Shown here: positions 26,956 to 41,778 of the stretch, in pieces | Layout of the letters: every line of letters starts with the position of its first letter | Numbering within the stretch: the first letter of the stretch is position 1 | Assembly (NCBI GenBank): GCA_002104945.1 | Contig: MCFH01000059.1 | Coordinates: 186,001 to 250,000, forward strand | DNA: 64,000 nt | From: Piromyces finnis finn | Lineage: Eukaryota > Fungi > Neocallimastigomycota | Direction: 5' to 3' | Notes under the pieces: model-generated | The model's input: the letters and a program-made list of their open reading frames with translations, nothing else | Databases searched by the model: none | What the model was told of the DNA's origin: nothing | Made by a program: the position numbers and the translations under genes

Positions 26956-27918
26956 TCAACTATTATTACCGTTGTTGTTTTTGCTATGATTTTGATTATG
27001 ATATATGGTCATTGAATTTGTAATAGAAATAATAGTATTAATATTAATGTTGTTATTGTTATTATAATTTGTTAAAAATGAACATTTAGTTTTTGCTGAT
27101 ATATATACATATTTATTATCAACTTTTTCAAAAAATGTTGAACAAACATTATACAAATTAATGGCCTTTTTAATATTGACTAAAAAGATTTCTCTATGCA
27201 TATTTAGCTTACATCCACAAGTTGTTGAGTCATGAATGACACAACGTTCATGCTTACGAAATATGAAATAATTTGTTGGATTATTTCCATCTTTTTTAAT
27301 TGAAATGTAATATATTTTATTCCATGAAGATAAAATAAAAATTGTAATAAAGCATATTGAATTTATGATAGAATTAAAGATAATACTTGAATATTTTTGT
27401 TTGGATAGAAGAAAATAACAAATAACCTAAAAAAAAAAAAAAAAAAGAAAAAGAGAAAAAATTTAATATAAAGATATTTATACAACTGTATATAATTATA
27501 CTTAAAAAACCAAATATCAAATATATAATTACATTAGCGGAAGGACCTAGTAATAGTCCTATTAATGCGGAATACAATATTCCTTTATTATATTTGAATA
27601 CACATTCTAAACAATTGATTTGATTTATTTTAGCTAAAATACATAGTATAGGAATAACTTCCATTAAACTAAAAAGCATATTTTCTTTTTCTAGACTACA
27701 TTTATAATACCATGTATTATTGATATCTTGGGATAAAATCATGGTTGTATAATTCCGTTTAACTATTGAAATTACAAAAAGTAGAATGATATATATAAAG
27801 AGACCTATAACAAATTCAAAAAATATTGAATTTATTCTTCTTATTTTCCTATAACTATCTTCACTATATTCCTCAATTAAATCTTCTTTTGGTTCATTAT
27901 TTTCATTCTTTTGATTTA

Positions 27919-27970
<52 letters not shown>

Positions 27971-30928
27971 GGATATACTTATACTTTTTAGAAAATTATC
28001 AGAATTTATACAATTTTCTTTATAGTTAAAAACATTATCCAATGAATTATTATTATCATTATTATTATTATTATTATCCATTTGAAATTTTAGTTTGTCA
28101 TTTGAAATTTCATTATTCTTTTGACCAATACCTAATTCATAATTCAAGGAAGTCACTAAATAATATATAATAAATATTAAGGAAATTCCAATATGTCTAA
28201 AAATAAAATAGATAGAACACTGAAAATAAGTGGTATAGGTAGAAAATATATTGCTTGTGAAATAAAAAATCATTCCAATTGAAAAAAGAATTATTTTGTA
28301 AAATCCAGTGTCCACAATAATACTGTTCATTTTATAATATATGATATAGACTATGTATAAGATTATGACTAGAATTATTGGAATCGTTAAAAGTGTTATT
28401 ATATAACGAAGTTTACTATTTATTATTTAATTTATAAAACAATGGAAAGAAGGAGGGGATAATGGAATTTACATGGAAATAACATGTATTTTTATATATA
28501 TATTATATAAATATGAAAGTATTATAGAAAAAATAAAATAACTATTAGAGAATGGAATTTAAAAAATAAATATAGGATAGGTAAAAAAAAAAAAAAATTA
28601 CCTAAAATCAATAAATATTTTTATATTACACAAATCACCACTCCATCCTTTATTACATTTACAAATATTTAAATTCACATCATTAACGTTAACTGGTTCA
28701 TCACTATAGGATTGGCATGTTGCTGAATGGTATATCGGGCAAGTACTTTTGCATTTTGGTGTTTCACAATATATAACATTATTTTTTTTCATTTTGACAT
28801 GATCTTTAGAACAATTATTAATCTTTATAGTGATATCGGATTTTAATTTTATTTCTTTATCATAATTTTCAATATTTAATTTTAATTTATATTGATTAGG
28901 ATTTGCGTATATTCTAAGATTTTTCATTTCACAGCGGCCTGAAAACATAATCATCATTAAAATATTAATTATTAATAATTATTATTTATTAAAAAAAGAT
29001 AACTATATACATTTAAAAGTATAAAAAAAAATATTAACCATTTAAAAACGATCCGATATTTCCTTCTAAATAATAATTTAATATGTTAGTTGACCTTTTA
29101 CTTATAACATTCTTCTCTTCTAAAGTTACTCTTATAGTCATGGAGGAATAAAATTTTGTAATATCTTCAATAATATTTTCAAATTCATCATATAATGCAA
29201 ATTCTAAAGCAAGATAATCTCCAGAAAATAATTCAACAAAACTATTAGTATAATTTGAACTTAATGCAATATACGCTGGTTTCGAAGAATAATCATTTCT
29301 TATAGAATTTGAAAAATTATCCTTAAATAAAAACATATCATATACATCTTTATTGTAATAATTTGATAAAAATAATCCTCCACCTAAAATTTTTGATTTA
29401 TTATGTTCCATTATATTTTTCTGTGTTGACTTTATCGATAAATTATTTAATTCCATAAAAATAGCACCACCAAAATATTCAGCAGAATTATTATAAAATG
29501 TATTATTATTAATAATAAAATGTATTAATTCATTATCATTCTCATTTTTTCTGTGGGTTATATATAATGCACCACCATCTATAGCTGAATTTTCACTAAA
29601 TTCATTAGATGTTAAATTTAATGTCATACGTGAAATATCATTAATACACCTTTTTTTTTTTTTATATAAATAATAATAAATATATATTATTATTAATAAT
29701 AAATAGTTTTTTTTTTAGTAAAGCTATTTATTAATAGAATTTAATTAAAGTAGTATTATGAATAAAGCATTGAGTTTTCTTACATGACACCTCCATAATT
29801 TTTACTATTATTATTTAAAAATTTAGTGTCAAATATAGTGATATCCAAATCATTTTTAAAATGAATATTTCCACAATTAATTTTATTTTCGTTATTATTA
29901 TTACTAAACAAAGAATTTGAAATTGTTATTTTTAGCTATTTTTTTTTTAAAAAAAATAAATAAATAAATAATATAGATTAATACTCTTTTTATTTTAATA
30001 AGTTGAAAGTATGTATGTATAAATAATTAGAAATAAAAAATCAATACATTGTCAGAGTCATTATCAATAATTGAACCAAATGAATGTGTGTTTTCGATTT
30101 TTATATCTTTTAAAATGATATTTGTATTTTTACCTAATAGTTTAATCAACGGTCCGTTTGAATAAGCAACATTTATATTCATATCATTAATATCAAATAC
30201 TTTTTCTTTTTCTCCCGAATCATATAATATTAAGGAGGTATCACCACTATCCCCAACGCAAAATACATTTTCAATATCTATATGATTAATAGATATATCT
30301 TTATATAAAAAATGTAGTAATGCCTTTGAATTTGTTGTAATATTATACAATTTAATACCATTTAATATATATTTTGAATCTTCATTGAAAAGTTTACTCA
30401 TTATACTAATTCAATAGTTAATGAAAAATAAATGAATATAAAAGAATTTAATATATTTCATTCAATGTATTAATAATTGAAAAAAAAAATTTTTTTTTTT
30501 TATTTTAAATAAATTTCATTACTTCATATTTCTAAATGTTGTATTAGATATTGATATTTCCGAGAATTTAGAATCGATAATGGCTGGGAGAGAATTCTTA
30601 AATGTAATATTCTCAAAAATTGTATTGGATATATCAAAATTAAAATTATTACCATGAAAAATAGTACATGTATCTATATATACAGTCAAGATTTTAATAA
30701 TTAATTGTTATTGATACGTTATTATAAAAGGTTGTCTATACAAATAAATATATTGTTTTTATTATATTATATTATTTATAATTCATACCGGAAAATCTTG
30801 AATTTTTAATTTTTAATTCATTCTTATATTGTTGGCTGATGTTAATTAAATAACCATAATTTGAATAACAATTTGAAAAGGTTGTGTTCTTAATTCTTAT
30901 GATGTACAATAACAACAACAACAACAGA

Positions 30929-30962
<34 letters not shown>

Positions 30963-32168
30963 GAAGATTTTAAAAATTAATATAAATATATAAATTTAAT
31001 TATGCATTAATTATTTAATTTACTGTAGTTCCAATCCTTTTCCAAATATTAATGGTAAAGTATTATGTATATTTTCAAAAATCGAATTGTTTATGTATAT
31101 TTCTTGATTACCATTTCTGGAGAAAATAAAAACATATTTATAGGTACCATTCAAAATTTCAAATATCTTGGAAAAATAACCTATTATTAGAAATATTAAT
31201 ATATATTTATTATTATTATTATTATTATTATTTATAATATTAAGTAATATTATACTAATGCATTATTTAAATCCTTTAATATATATATTCTTTTATCTTA
31301 CAATTATCAAAAGTAATAGAAGAATTTTGAAGAAAAAATAAACCTTTATTATTATCAAAGTAACTATTTTTCATTTTAATTTTTAAACAACTTTCCGCAT
31401 TGGTAAATACAAAGCCAAGAGATTGATTAGCAATAATTAATCTTTCAGTATTATTACTTTTATATTATTATTGTTATTATCAGTATCAATATTGTTTGTT
31501 GATATTGATATAGTAGACATAAAATGTTAAAAAAAAAAAAAAATTAATATATGCTATTTTTTTTTTAAAAAAAAAAAAAAGAAAAAAAAATGGCATATTA
31601 AATTATATATAAATTACAGAAATTTGCAGTTATTAAAAGTGACATTTGGTTCAATAATATTGTTTTTGGAACAATTTATATCAAGTGTAAATATATCATT
31701 ACTATTATTTCTAAATATACAATTATTATAAGTAACAAATAAATTGTTTAGTTGTGATATTACATGGAATACTGATATTTTGCTTTGATACTGGTTCAAA
31801 GAATAAAAATTCTGGATAATTATGTTTTCAAATTTTACATATAATTCTTTATCAATAGATTTATTAATATCCAACGCTCCTTTCTTATCAAAACCAAAAT
31901 CAAAAATAGTCATATTTTCATTTCCAATGAATGATATATTCGTATTTACAGGTATTGAGATAGAATAAATTTGATTAAGCATATCATATTGGTGGTCAGG
32001 AAATCTAAATATTAATTCTTCATTACCCTCATAATTTGTAATAATCCCATTTATGCTGTAAAAAAAGTCATCCCCATTTCTAATTATATATTCCTTTCCA
32101 TATGTTACAATCACATAAAACGAAAAAACTAGTATAATATAGAAGAATCGGTTTATTAAATTAATCAT
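26956..32168 (-). CDS. Large multi-exon receptor: signal peptide, parallel beta-helix/Pmp-like repeats, EGF-like domain, 7TM (class C GPCR-like) region
   Basis: Exons joined by eye: MINLINRFF signal peptide; repeated FxxN/GGAI motifs (FSENSAIDGGALY, FYNNSAEYFGGAIF, FLNNNSKNYGGV); EGF CKCNKGWSGDLC; hydrophobic helices from KLRYIITLLTIPIILVII onward; C-terminal KHERCVIHDSTTCGC read in frame into ORF 26956..27201. Not every exon boundary was resolved. Confidence 0.8.
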
Positions 32169-33765
32169 TTTTTTCCCATTATTTATAATTACTGTTTTTA
32201 AAATTAGGGGAAAATATTTCGTATTTTTTAATATTTTAATATTTTTTTTCCATTTTTATTTTTAGAATTTTATCTTTTTATAAATGATAAGTATGAACTT
32301 TAAAAAAGTAAAATTTTATAATTATTATTATTTTTTTTTAAAAAAAAAAATTATAATAAATTAAATTATTAATTATATTTAGGAAAAATACTATTATTAA
32401 TTATTACACTATTTATATTTTAAAAAATTTATTTTTTTGCCTTTACTATCTACATTCATGCTAAATGTAAAAAAAAACATATTTTATTGCGTTTTTTTTT
32501 TAAAGTGATATTAATGAAATTATATTTAAAAAAAAAACACATTCTTATTACTTATATATATAATGCTGTTAAATATATTTCAGCGATTCTAAAAAAAAAA
32601 AACAAAAAAAAAACTATAGTTATCAGAATATTTTATCTTTCAAGATAAATATAAAAAAAATTTTTATAGTATAAAAAAAAAAAAATTCTATAAACTAATA
32701 TGATTATAAAAAGAACTTAAAATTTATAATTAATTATAAAGTTTTTGTATTATTATTTATTAATAGAAATAGTAAAATACTTGTACCTTAGCTGAACCTT
32801 CTGACTCCAAATTATATCTTAGAACAATAAAATATGTATTTTTTTTTTATAAGTAGACCGAATAATAAACTAAATTAATAAAAGAAAACTATTTTAAAAA
32901 ATATATCCTTTAAAAAAAAAAAAAAGAAAATATAAATAATTATATCAAATAGCTTTTAAAATTATTCTATTAATAGAATTGAAATATATTCTAGTAGGAA
33001 TATTTAAAGTTCTTGGTTATTTCAACTTAAAAGTTAACTTTAGAAAAATATTTCTGGTAAAGATAAATATTATTAGCTAAGCTATGATTTTCTTGTTGTA
33101 GGTAAATTGGCTGTATAAGAAAAAATAATTTATAATATTTATAATTACATTGTAAATATATAAAAATGAATAAAATGATATAATATATATAATATATATA
33201 ATATATATTAAAAAACAATAGATAAATATAAAATTTAATATTTTTTCTTAAATAATATTAACTTTATTATTATTAAAAAATGAAAATTTTTTTAACATTT
33301 TATAGAATGTTCTATAAAATATTATTGATAAATGAAAAAATAAAAAAAATGGTTCTTTGTACAGTTTTTATAACATTACATATTATAATAATTATAAAAT
33401 AGTATTATTAAAGAGTGTTTTTGTTTGATATTGTAAACCTTTTTATGCTTATTTATTTATATAATTATATATATCAACAATTTTTAATAATTGATATATA
33501 ATAAAATACTATACATATAAATATTAATTTATTATTACATTTATACATCATAATAACTAAAGTTGAAGGGTGATAATATTAATCATCTTTCATTATCTAA
33601 AAACTACTTGGTTGAAAAAAAATATTATTTTTTTTAATTTTTAGTAGTTTAAAGAAAAAAAAATAGTACATTTTGAAAAGTAAAATTATTTAATTATTAT
33701 AAATAATATTAAACTATATATAATAAATATATATATATTATTTTTTTTTTCCTTTTTTAATATAT

Positions 33766-34212
33766 TTAGATTTTTTCTTCTTTTTCCATAGGAACTGGAG
33801 CAACAGTTGGTCTAATAATAATTGTTGGATTAAGTTTAGTACGAGTAATAGTAACTGGTTTAATGGTAAGCTGAGTTGGTTTAATGGTAATTGGTGTAAA
33901 AGTAGTTGGCTTAATTGGAGTAAGAGTGAGCTTAGTTTTAGTTGGTTTAATGGTAATTGGAGTAAAAGTAGTTGGCTTAATTGGAGTAAGAGTGAGTTTA
34001 GTTTTAGTTGGTTTAATGGTAATTGGTGTTAAAGTAATTTTAGTTTTAGTTGGTTTAATAATTGGATCAATAGTTATTACTGGTATATCTGTGATATGGG
34101 TTGGGATTTTATCAATAATCTTTTCATCAATAGCTTTTTCATCAATAGCAGCAGCACTAACTGCAGTTGAGAAAGCTAAGAAGATAGATAAAATAGAAGA
34201 ACTAAATCTCAT
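33766..34212 (-). CDS. Small secreted Pro/Thr/Ile/Lys-rich tandem-repeat protein, 148 aa, intronless
   Basis: Signal peptide MRFSSSILSIFLAFSTAVSA; 22-aa unit ITIKPTKTKLTLTPIKPTTFTP twice plus partial copies (66-bp DNA repeat). Confidence 0.8.
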   Translation of the reverse strand: MRFSSSILSIFLAFSTAVSAAAIDEKAIDEKIIDKIPTHITDIPVITIDPIIKPTKTKITLTPITIKPTKTKLTLTPIKPTTFTPITIKPTKTKLTLTPIKPTTFTPITIKPTQLTIKPVTITRTKLNPTIIIRPTVAPVPMEKEEKI

Positions 34213-34617
34213 TTTGTATATTTTTATCTTTATTTCGATAATAATTTAATAAAAAAGAAAATAATTATTTATTTCTTTAAACGTACTCTTTTATATAATT
34301 TTTTCTAATTATAGTAAAAAAAAAAATTAGAGAAATTATAATATTTATATAGTTTTTTTTTTTTAATTTTTTACATTTTCTCAATGAATAGTATTTTTAT
34401 TTTTTTTTTATTTTAATATAGAATAAAAAATAAATTAATTTTCAGTCATTCTTAATAATAATAAATAATCGTAACTATAATCATTAATAATTATAGAGTT
34501 TTACACTTTTTTTCATTTTCCATTTCCTAATTATTATTAATTAATAATGAAATATGAATTAAGAATGGAAAAATCGACAAGCCATATTAAAAATAAAATG
34601 TTATTATCCTTATTAAT

Positions 34618-34648
<31 letters not shown>

Positions 34649-35990
34649 GATAGGCAATAGAATCATTAAAAAAATGATAATGAGTAATATTTTATAGTAT
34701 TACTATTATCATTGTTTTTCTCTTGCTTAATATAAAAGTCATATTTTTAATATACAAAATATATTAAAATGAACATTAAATTTATAAATCTAAATTATTA
34801 ATAAAAAAAGAATTTTTATACAAAATGTAACAACAACAATTGAAAAAATACAGAATTTTATTTCTTTCCTTGTTAATTCATCAGAAAGGCATAACTATAA
34901 ATATTATATAAATTCGTATCAATATAAAAACAAACAAACAAATACATTCTATATAATAATTAATATTATATATATAATATATAATATATACATTTGAACA
35001 TCGAATACTACAAGAGAATGAACTGAGCAGTCAAGATTTTGCCTCTTTCCATTTCCTGTTTAAGTAAATCAAATAGGAAATGATTAAAGTCAAATAAAAT
35101 GAAAAAAATATTGTATCAATAGCTTTTTTTTTTATTATTGTTAAAAACAAGCTTTTTAATAACTTGTTTATATAATTTATATAATAATATTCCTATATTT
35201 TATAAAGCATTGAAATTGTAATAATTTTATTTATTATAGTTTTAAAATAAATAAAATTTTTATCTTAAATTCTTTACAGTTTATAATAGAAATATTAATG
35301 GGATAAAGACTACTTTTTTTTTTTTTTTTAATAAACATAATAAAATAATACATAATACATATATTTATGGAATTGACATCTTTAACCTACTTTTTTGTTT
35401 TAATAGCAATATATAAACTCAAAAGTGGTCATAGTAAAAATTTAAATAAAATTTTTAGTTTCTTTAAACGGATTATCATAATAAAACGTGTTTTGATTGT
35501 TTTTTCAATAAAATGTTATTGCTTTATCGTTTTCATGCTTTTTTTTTTTTTTTTTTTTTTATCAAATAATACATAAAGAATAAAGTTAACAATTAAATAA
35601 GATATTGAATCTTTTTTGTTATGATGTTATGAACCAAAAAATAGAGTATGAAAGATTTGTTATTAGAATATATATGAAAGAATTACATAATGAAAATATG
35701 TTAAAAAAAAAAAAAAAAAACGATAATTCATTTGAAAATAATAAGAGTAAAAAATAAAAAGTAAAAAAAAAAAAAAACTCTGCTATATATTCAAATATTT
35801 ATATATATTCAATATTTATTTGAATATATGAATTAATGTTTTATTATTATCTATTCATTTCATTATTTCATTTCCATTAATTTCTACAAACTTATTTAAA
35901 TTTGATAATAGTAATAATAAAAGAATTAATAGTAGGTATATTTGGAATACATGAGGCATTTTCTTTTTTTCTTTAATTTTGTTTTATTAT

Positions 35991-36023
<33 letters not shown>

Positions 36024-36190
36024 GCTTTTAGTAGAATAGTAGTTTTTTTTATTATTATTTTTTTCTTTTCGATAGTTATATCATTAAATTCTATAACTAT
36101 TACTTGCTATAAACATGCTTTACTTTTTTTTTTTGTTCATTAAATATTATCTATACTAAAGAGGTATTTTAAATCAATTTAATAAAATAT

Positions 36191-37408
36191 TTAATGTTCT
36201 TCACACCAAGCATTTTCTTTCTTGATTTGTTCTTCTTCTTCTGGTGTAAAATCATTTTGAATATTAAATAATTTACGAAGTTCTTCAACCTTTTTTCCTT
36301 TAATCATATTAGCTACTGTCTTACAACCTTTTTAGTTTAAATTTTTAATTTTTTATTAATTGAAATTTCGTTAATATTTATTAAATTGAGTAAGAAATTA
36401 GAAAAATACGAATTAATATTTTTTTTTTTTTTTTATAAATATTTAAAAAATATCATATATTCATAATATTATACAAAATTATTTTAAATTCATATTAACT
36501 ATTGATGTTAGTTTAATATATATTACATATGCATTTTATTTACCTAAATCTAATAAATCTTTAATATCTAAGTAATTGGCAGCTAAAATAAGTTCGTATA
36601 AAGAACCTTGATCAATATTCATAAATTCTTTATCCCATTCATCAACAATTTCTGAGGTTCTTGGACCTTCAACTGGTGGTTTGACTGGGTCATCTTTATG
36701 ATGTGTAGCATATTCAATAACTTTTACTAAAATTGGTCCAGAAACATTTGGTAATGGTATTGGATTTTCTTCAGAATCAAGAACATCTTTTATTATTTAG
36801 ATATAATATTGTTTAGGCACATAATTGATATTAGCATTTAAAAAGAAAACAAATTAATATATTAATACTATTTTTTTTTCTTTAAAAATAAATCATAAAA
36901 TTAAAGAACAAACTTTTAATAACCATCCAGGAAAAAAAAAAAAAAAAAAAAAAAAAACACAATAAAATTGATATTAGTTGTATGAATACTTTTTTATTAT
37001 CCTTTTATTTTGATTTATATTTACATTTGCTATTCATTATTGAATGATTTTATATAAAACACTACATTGTGAATTTTTTATAATTTATACTTTTTTATCT
37101 ATTATTATTTTTTTATGGAAAATAAAAACTACTTTTTTTTTTTTTTTCTTTCTTTATTTTTTTTTTTATTACTAAATATAATATACTACTACATTATAAA
37201 ATAAATATAAATATTATGATGGATTGCTATTTTTATTACTATAATAATTTCATTTTATTTATTTATTTTATTTTATTTTATTTTTGTAATTTCTATTTAA
37301 TAAATAAAAATTCTTACCTTCAATCATATTTTTTAATAAAACAGATTGATAAGCTACTTCCTTTGAAATAGTAAATTCTTGACCATCAGAACTTGTTAAC
37401 TTCACCAT
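36191..37408 (-). CDS. SKP1: SCF ubiquitin ligase subunit Skp1, multi-exon (absent from the ORF track)
   Basis: Exons give [30 protein letters not shown] / [25 protein letters not shown]...[32 protein letters not shown] / [44 protein letters not shown]. Confidence 0.97.
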
Positions 37409-38057
37409 TTTGTATATCTATTTAATATAAAAAAAATTATTTAAAAATTAATAATAATAAAAAAACTTTTATTAAAAAAAAATATTAAATAATTTAATAA
37501 TTTTTTTTTTTTTTTTTTACTAGAAATTAATAAAAAAAAATATAAATTATTTATTTATTTATTTATCATAATAATGTAACTAAGAAATGTATTTAAGAAA
37601 AAAATGTAGGATACATAAAATTCTATCATCATGCCTTATTATTATTGAAAAAAAAAAAAAAATAATTGAAATAACAATGGTGGTGCAAAAGTATTATTAT
37701 AACACAGATTAATAGTATATAGTATTTAATGAAAGAATAAGGAATATAAAATATTCAAAAAGTAAAAATATTTATAAAAAGGTTTTTAAAAAACACATTA
37801 AAATAATAATAATTAATCAATTATATATATATCTTTTATTTATTTATTACTTTTATCATTATATTTTATCTACAATTTTACATTGTTATTATTAAATATG
37901 TTATTCTATATATTATATTATAGAAAATATTATTCATTTTTTTTTTTACCTTTTTTTTTTTCCTTTTTTAATTTTATCTTGTTGAAAAAAAAAAAAAATG
38001 TAAATATTTTTGTTTTTGTTTGGTTTTCATTTCTTTTGATAAAATGAAAATAAAAAA

Positions 38058-39809
38058 CTATTTTGTTTCTTCATTATTATTATTTTTATTTAACATAGGT
38101 GTAACAGAATTGGAATATGAAATACTTATTAAAGTTTCATCATTTTTCTTTTCATATTGTTGATATTCATTGGAATATCTATTTTCAGAGACTTCTTTCT
38201 CTTTCATATTTATTTTTTTATTTTGCTTTTTTTTATTTAATAATCCATGTTCTCTGGAATGGGTTTTTTCTTGAATGCCTTTTTCTTTAGTTGAAGTATG
38301 TCTTTTCATCTTTTGTGAATCAAAATGTCTTGTATTATCTTTATTTCTATAACTATGATGATGATGTATTGGTGAAGGTCTTGGATTATATACATAATAA
38401 TTGTCAAAATGATCTCTATTACTACTTGAATGTTTTCCATTTTCTTTTCTTTGATTATCACGACGACGACGTCGTTCCTTTATGTCATCTTGTTCTTTTT
38501 GAATATTTTTAATTAAAGCAAAGAAATGCTTAAAAACTGTACACCAGAAATATACTATTGAATTTAAAAATCCTTGTAATGGTGTAAAGAACTTTATATA
38601 TATATTTGATAATTAATAATGGGAGGTTTATTTTATATACAAAAAGATAAAGAAAAAAATAAAGATAATAGATAATATTATAAGAAAATGATATGTGTAA
38701 TTAGTTAATTATTATTATAAAATAAACTTATAAATAATTTTTTATTTTACTTACTGCATGAAGAACAAATAACGGGAATTTAGGATTTTCACTATTAATT
38801 TCATTTTGAATACGATTAATAGTACCCCAGATCCTATTAAATAATATATTATATAATAGATAAACATAAATTATTATAAAATCTATATTTATTATATCCA
38901 TTTATTAATCTAAAATCAAGATTAACAAATATTATTGGTAAAGTTATTTATAAATATCAAATTTACCAAGTAATAAATAAAACTAATAAGTATAAATGGT
39001 AACGACTAGCAATTGAGTTTTTTGCATAAATTTGATCTGTATCAATTTTTCTTTTTTTAATAACAATTTTCATAATTATGAAAACAAGAACATTGATAAA
39101 GAACACCGTCCATAGAGGCCCAAAAAACAAAATCAATCGATATTTGCTTCCATTTTCTGTAATCCAACACCAGAAAGTAGCATTACCCACAATCCATTTA
39201 TTATCTGTTCTACCTTGATCTTTAAAGAATAAAAAGAGGGATGTTGATAAACTAATGCCCCATATAAATACATGATAAATCCATTCAAAGCGTTCGATTT
39301 CATATATTTCTTTATTCATTACAACTACTAAGAAAATGTTTATTGCAATGGCAGCAGTCCAAAGTGCTGAGGCAATAAAAAAGAATTGAATTCGAAGACC
39401 TTGGAACCGACAACTTCCAGAATATACTGCATCTTCTGGAATTAGATTTCTATTGATTTTTAATTAGCATATATATTTATATGAATATAAAGAAACCCAT
39501 TACATAAAATTAATTATTTTATTTTATTTTTTCTATGTTTTTATTTTTGAAATTATATATATATTAAATAACTATGTCATTTTTTTTTCTTTTTTTAATT
39601 ACTTACTTTCCATTCAACAAATCAATTGAACCACATAAATCACACAAACTCAAAAAAAATATAATTCTGTTCCATATTTTATTCTTTCCCGTAAAGTTGT
39701 TAAATAATATTGTATTTAAAATAATAGCACCACTTCCTATAATGGACAATATTGAGCCTAATATAATAAGGGTGAAAATTATATTTTTTTCATTTTCTTC
39801 AAAAGGCAT
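38058..39809 (-). CDS. 7TM GPCR of the cAMP-receptor/Git3/GPR157-like group, multi-exon
   Basis: IIFFLSLCDL, CRFQGLRIQFFFIASALWTAAIAINI, ATFWCWI, LFFGPLW, TINRIQN, FFTPLQGFLNSIVYF motifs, followed by a charged C-terminal tail read in frame to 38058. Confidence 0.85.
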
Positions 39810-41649
39810 ATTTATTTATTTATTTATTTATTTATTTATTTGTTATTATTTCTATTAAAACTTTTTATTTTTTTCGGTTAATATATTTAATAATAATTAA
39901 AGTCTTTTTAAATTATTATATGCACCTTTAATTATTTATTTTTTTGTTTTAATGGATTTTCTTCTTTAAATTAAAATATATATATATAAATAAATTTTCA
40001 ATTATATACAACCCTTTATATTCTATTTAATAATTTAAATATTGTATAAATCTTTGTTATTCTAATTGTGATTGAATAAATTCTATTGGGAATTTTATGT
40101 ACTTTAAATAGAATTTATTATTGTAAAAAAAAAAAAAAATTACTATTTAATAAAATATTATTGTTGATTTTCTTGTATATTGATAAAAAAAGATTTCGGT
40201 TCTTTTTATTTTTTTTAAATAATTACTTTATTGTTTTATTAAATTGAAATCTCATTATTAAATTAAAATAAATTAAAGAAATTATAATAAAATTTCTTTA
40301 TTTTACTTTTTCATTCCTACTTTACAGATTTGACCTTTTTATTCTATTTTACATAAAAGAGATAATTGAAACTTTTTTTTTTTTTCTATTGTAAAAACTT
40401 AAAATAATAATAGAACTTTTTCTATTCATAATCTCAATATATTACAATATACAAGCAAAATATATAGAATTAAATTCACAATAACTTTAAATTTAAGGTA
40501 GTACAAATAAAAAAAAAAAGAAATCCATTAATTGTTAAGATTTTAAAAGGTATGAAAAAGCACATTGTTAAGCGAGGTTTTTTTTTATATATATATGTGT
40601 GTGTGGGTGTGTGGGTGTAGTTATAGTTTTTTTTTTAAAATGACTTTTATTATATTAATGAACTTTTTTACCTGAACTATTTTTCTATTATTTTTATTAT
40701 TTTTATAATTATTATTATGAAAAATAACTTTTATATAAAATATTTTATAGAAATATGTCATCATGTCTGTATATATATATATTTGGAAATAATAAATATT
40801 TAAAATTCTATTATTATTTATTTCTAAACTTTTTTTTCCTATACATTATTCAAATACATTTTATTACATATTTATTACATACTGTATACATTATCTATTT
40901 TTTGTAATATTTTTCATTTTACCATTTTTATATCACAACTAATTAATTTTATATTTTATTAATGTTTTATTTTTGTTGTTTATTATAAAGTTTATTTATA
41001 ATAAAATTCAAATAAGCCAAGGAATTTATTAATAAAAGTTTTAATATAATTTTATTAATAATGTGGCTTATTATATTATTAAAAACTATTGTACATGAAT
41101 ATTCTTAGAATAGTTTCAATTATTATGACTAATCCTTTTTAACCTTATTAATTAAATTTATTTCATAATTATTATATAAAAATAGTAAAAGAAATAGGAA
41201 TAAAACTTAAAAATACAAAAATACATTTTAAAAATATTTCATTTCAATTTTAAAAAATATATTTATTCTTTTTGTTGTATATAGTTTTTCAATATTACAG
41301 TAAATATAAATAATTATAGAAAGTAAATTAGATATATTTATTATATATTCATTTATCCTTCAATTATATAAATGAAATTGTAAAAATAATGATAAAAAGA
41401 AGATGTTATTTAATTTGTTTACAAAAACAATTAAGGGAAAAAAACTCAATAATTTTTATGTAAATGTATGCATTTCTTTTAATAAGCAAACAAAACCATA
41501 GTTTTTAAATAAAATAAAGTAATAATAATAATAAATAATATAGTTTAATAATATAAACAATATTATTTTCAAATATTAATTGAAAATTAAAATAAAATAA
41601 ATACTAAAAAAAAAGAGAAAGAGAAATAAATATATATAAAGAGAGAAAT

Positions 41650-41683
<34 letters not shown>

Positions 41684-41778
41684 ATTTTTTCTAGAGTTAG
41701 AAAATAAATTTATTAAAGATTTAACAATTTTAATAAACCGAGTCAATAGAATAATTATATCAATAACTTAAAAAAAAA

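Noticed and set aside
33027-33218. 63-aa ORF upstream of the receptor gene
   Set aside because: No ATG-supported model or motif; at most a doubtful exon-like fragment.
33884-34249. Antisense Val/Gly-rich ORF that looks membrane-spanning
   Set aside because: Shadow of the Pro/Thr repeat gene, which has the signal peptide and a proper ATG context.
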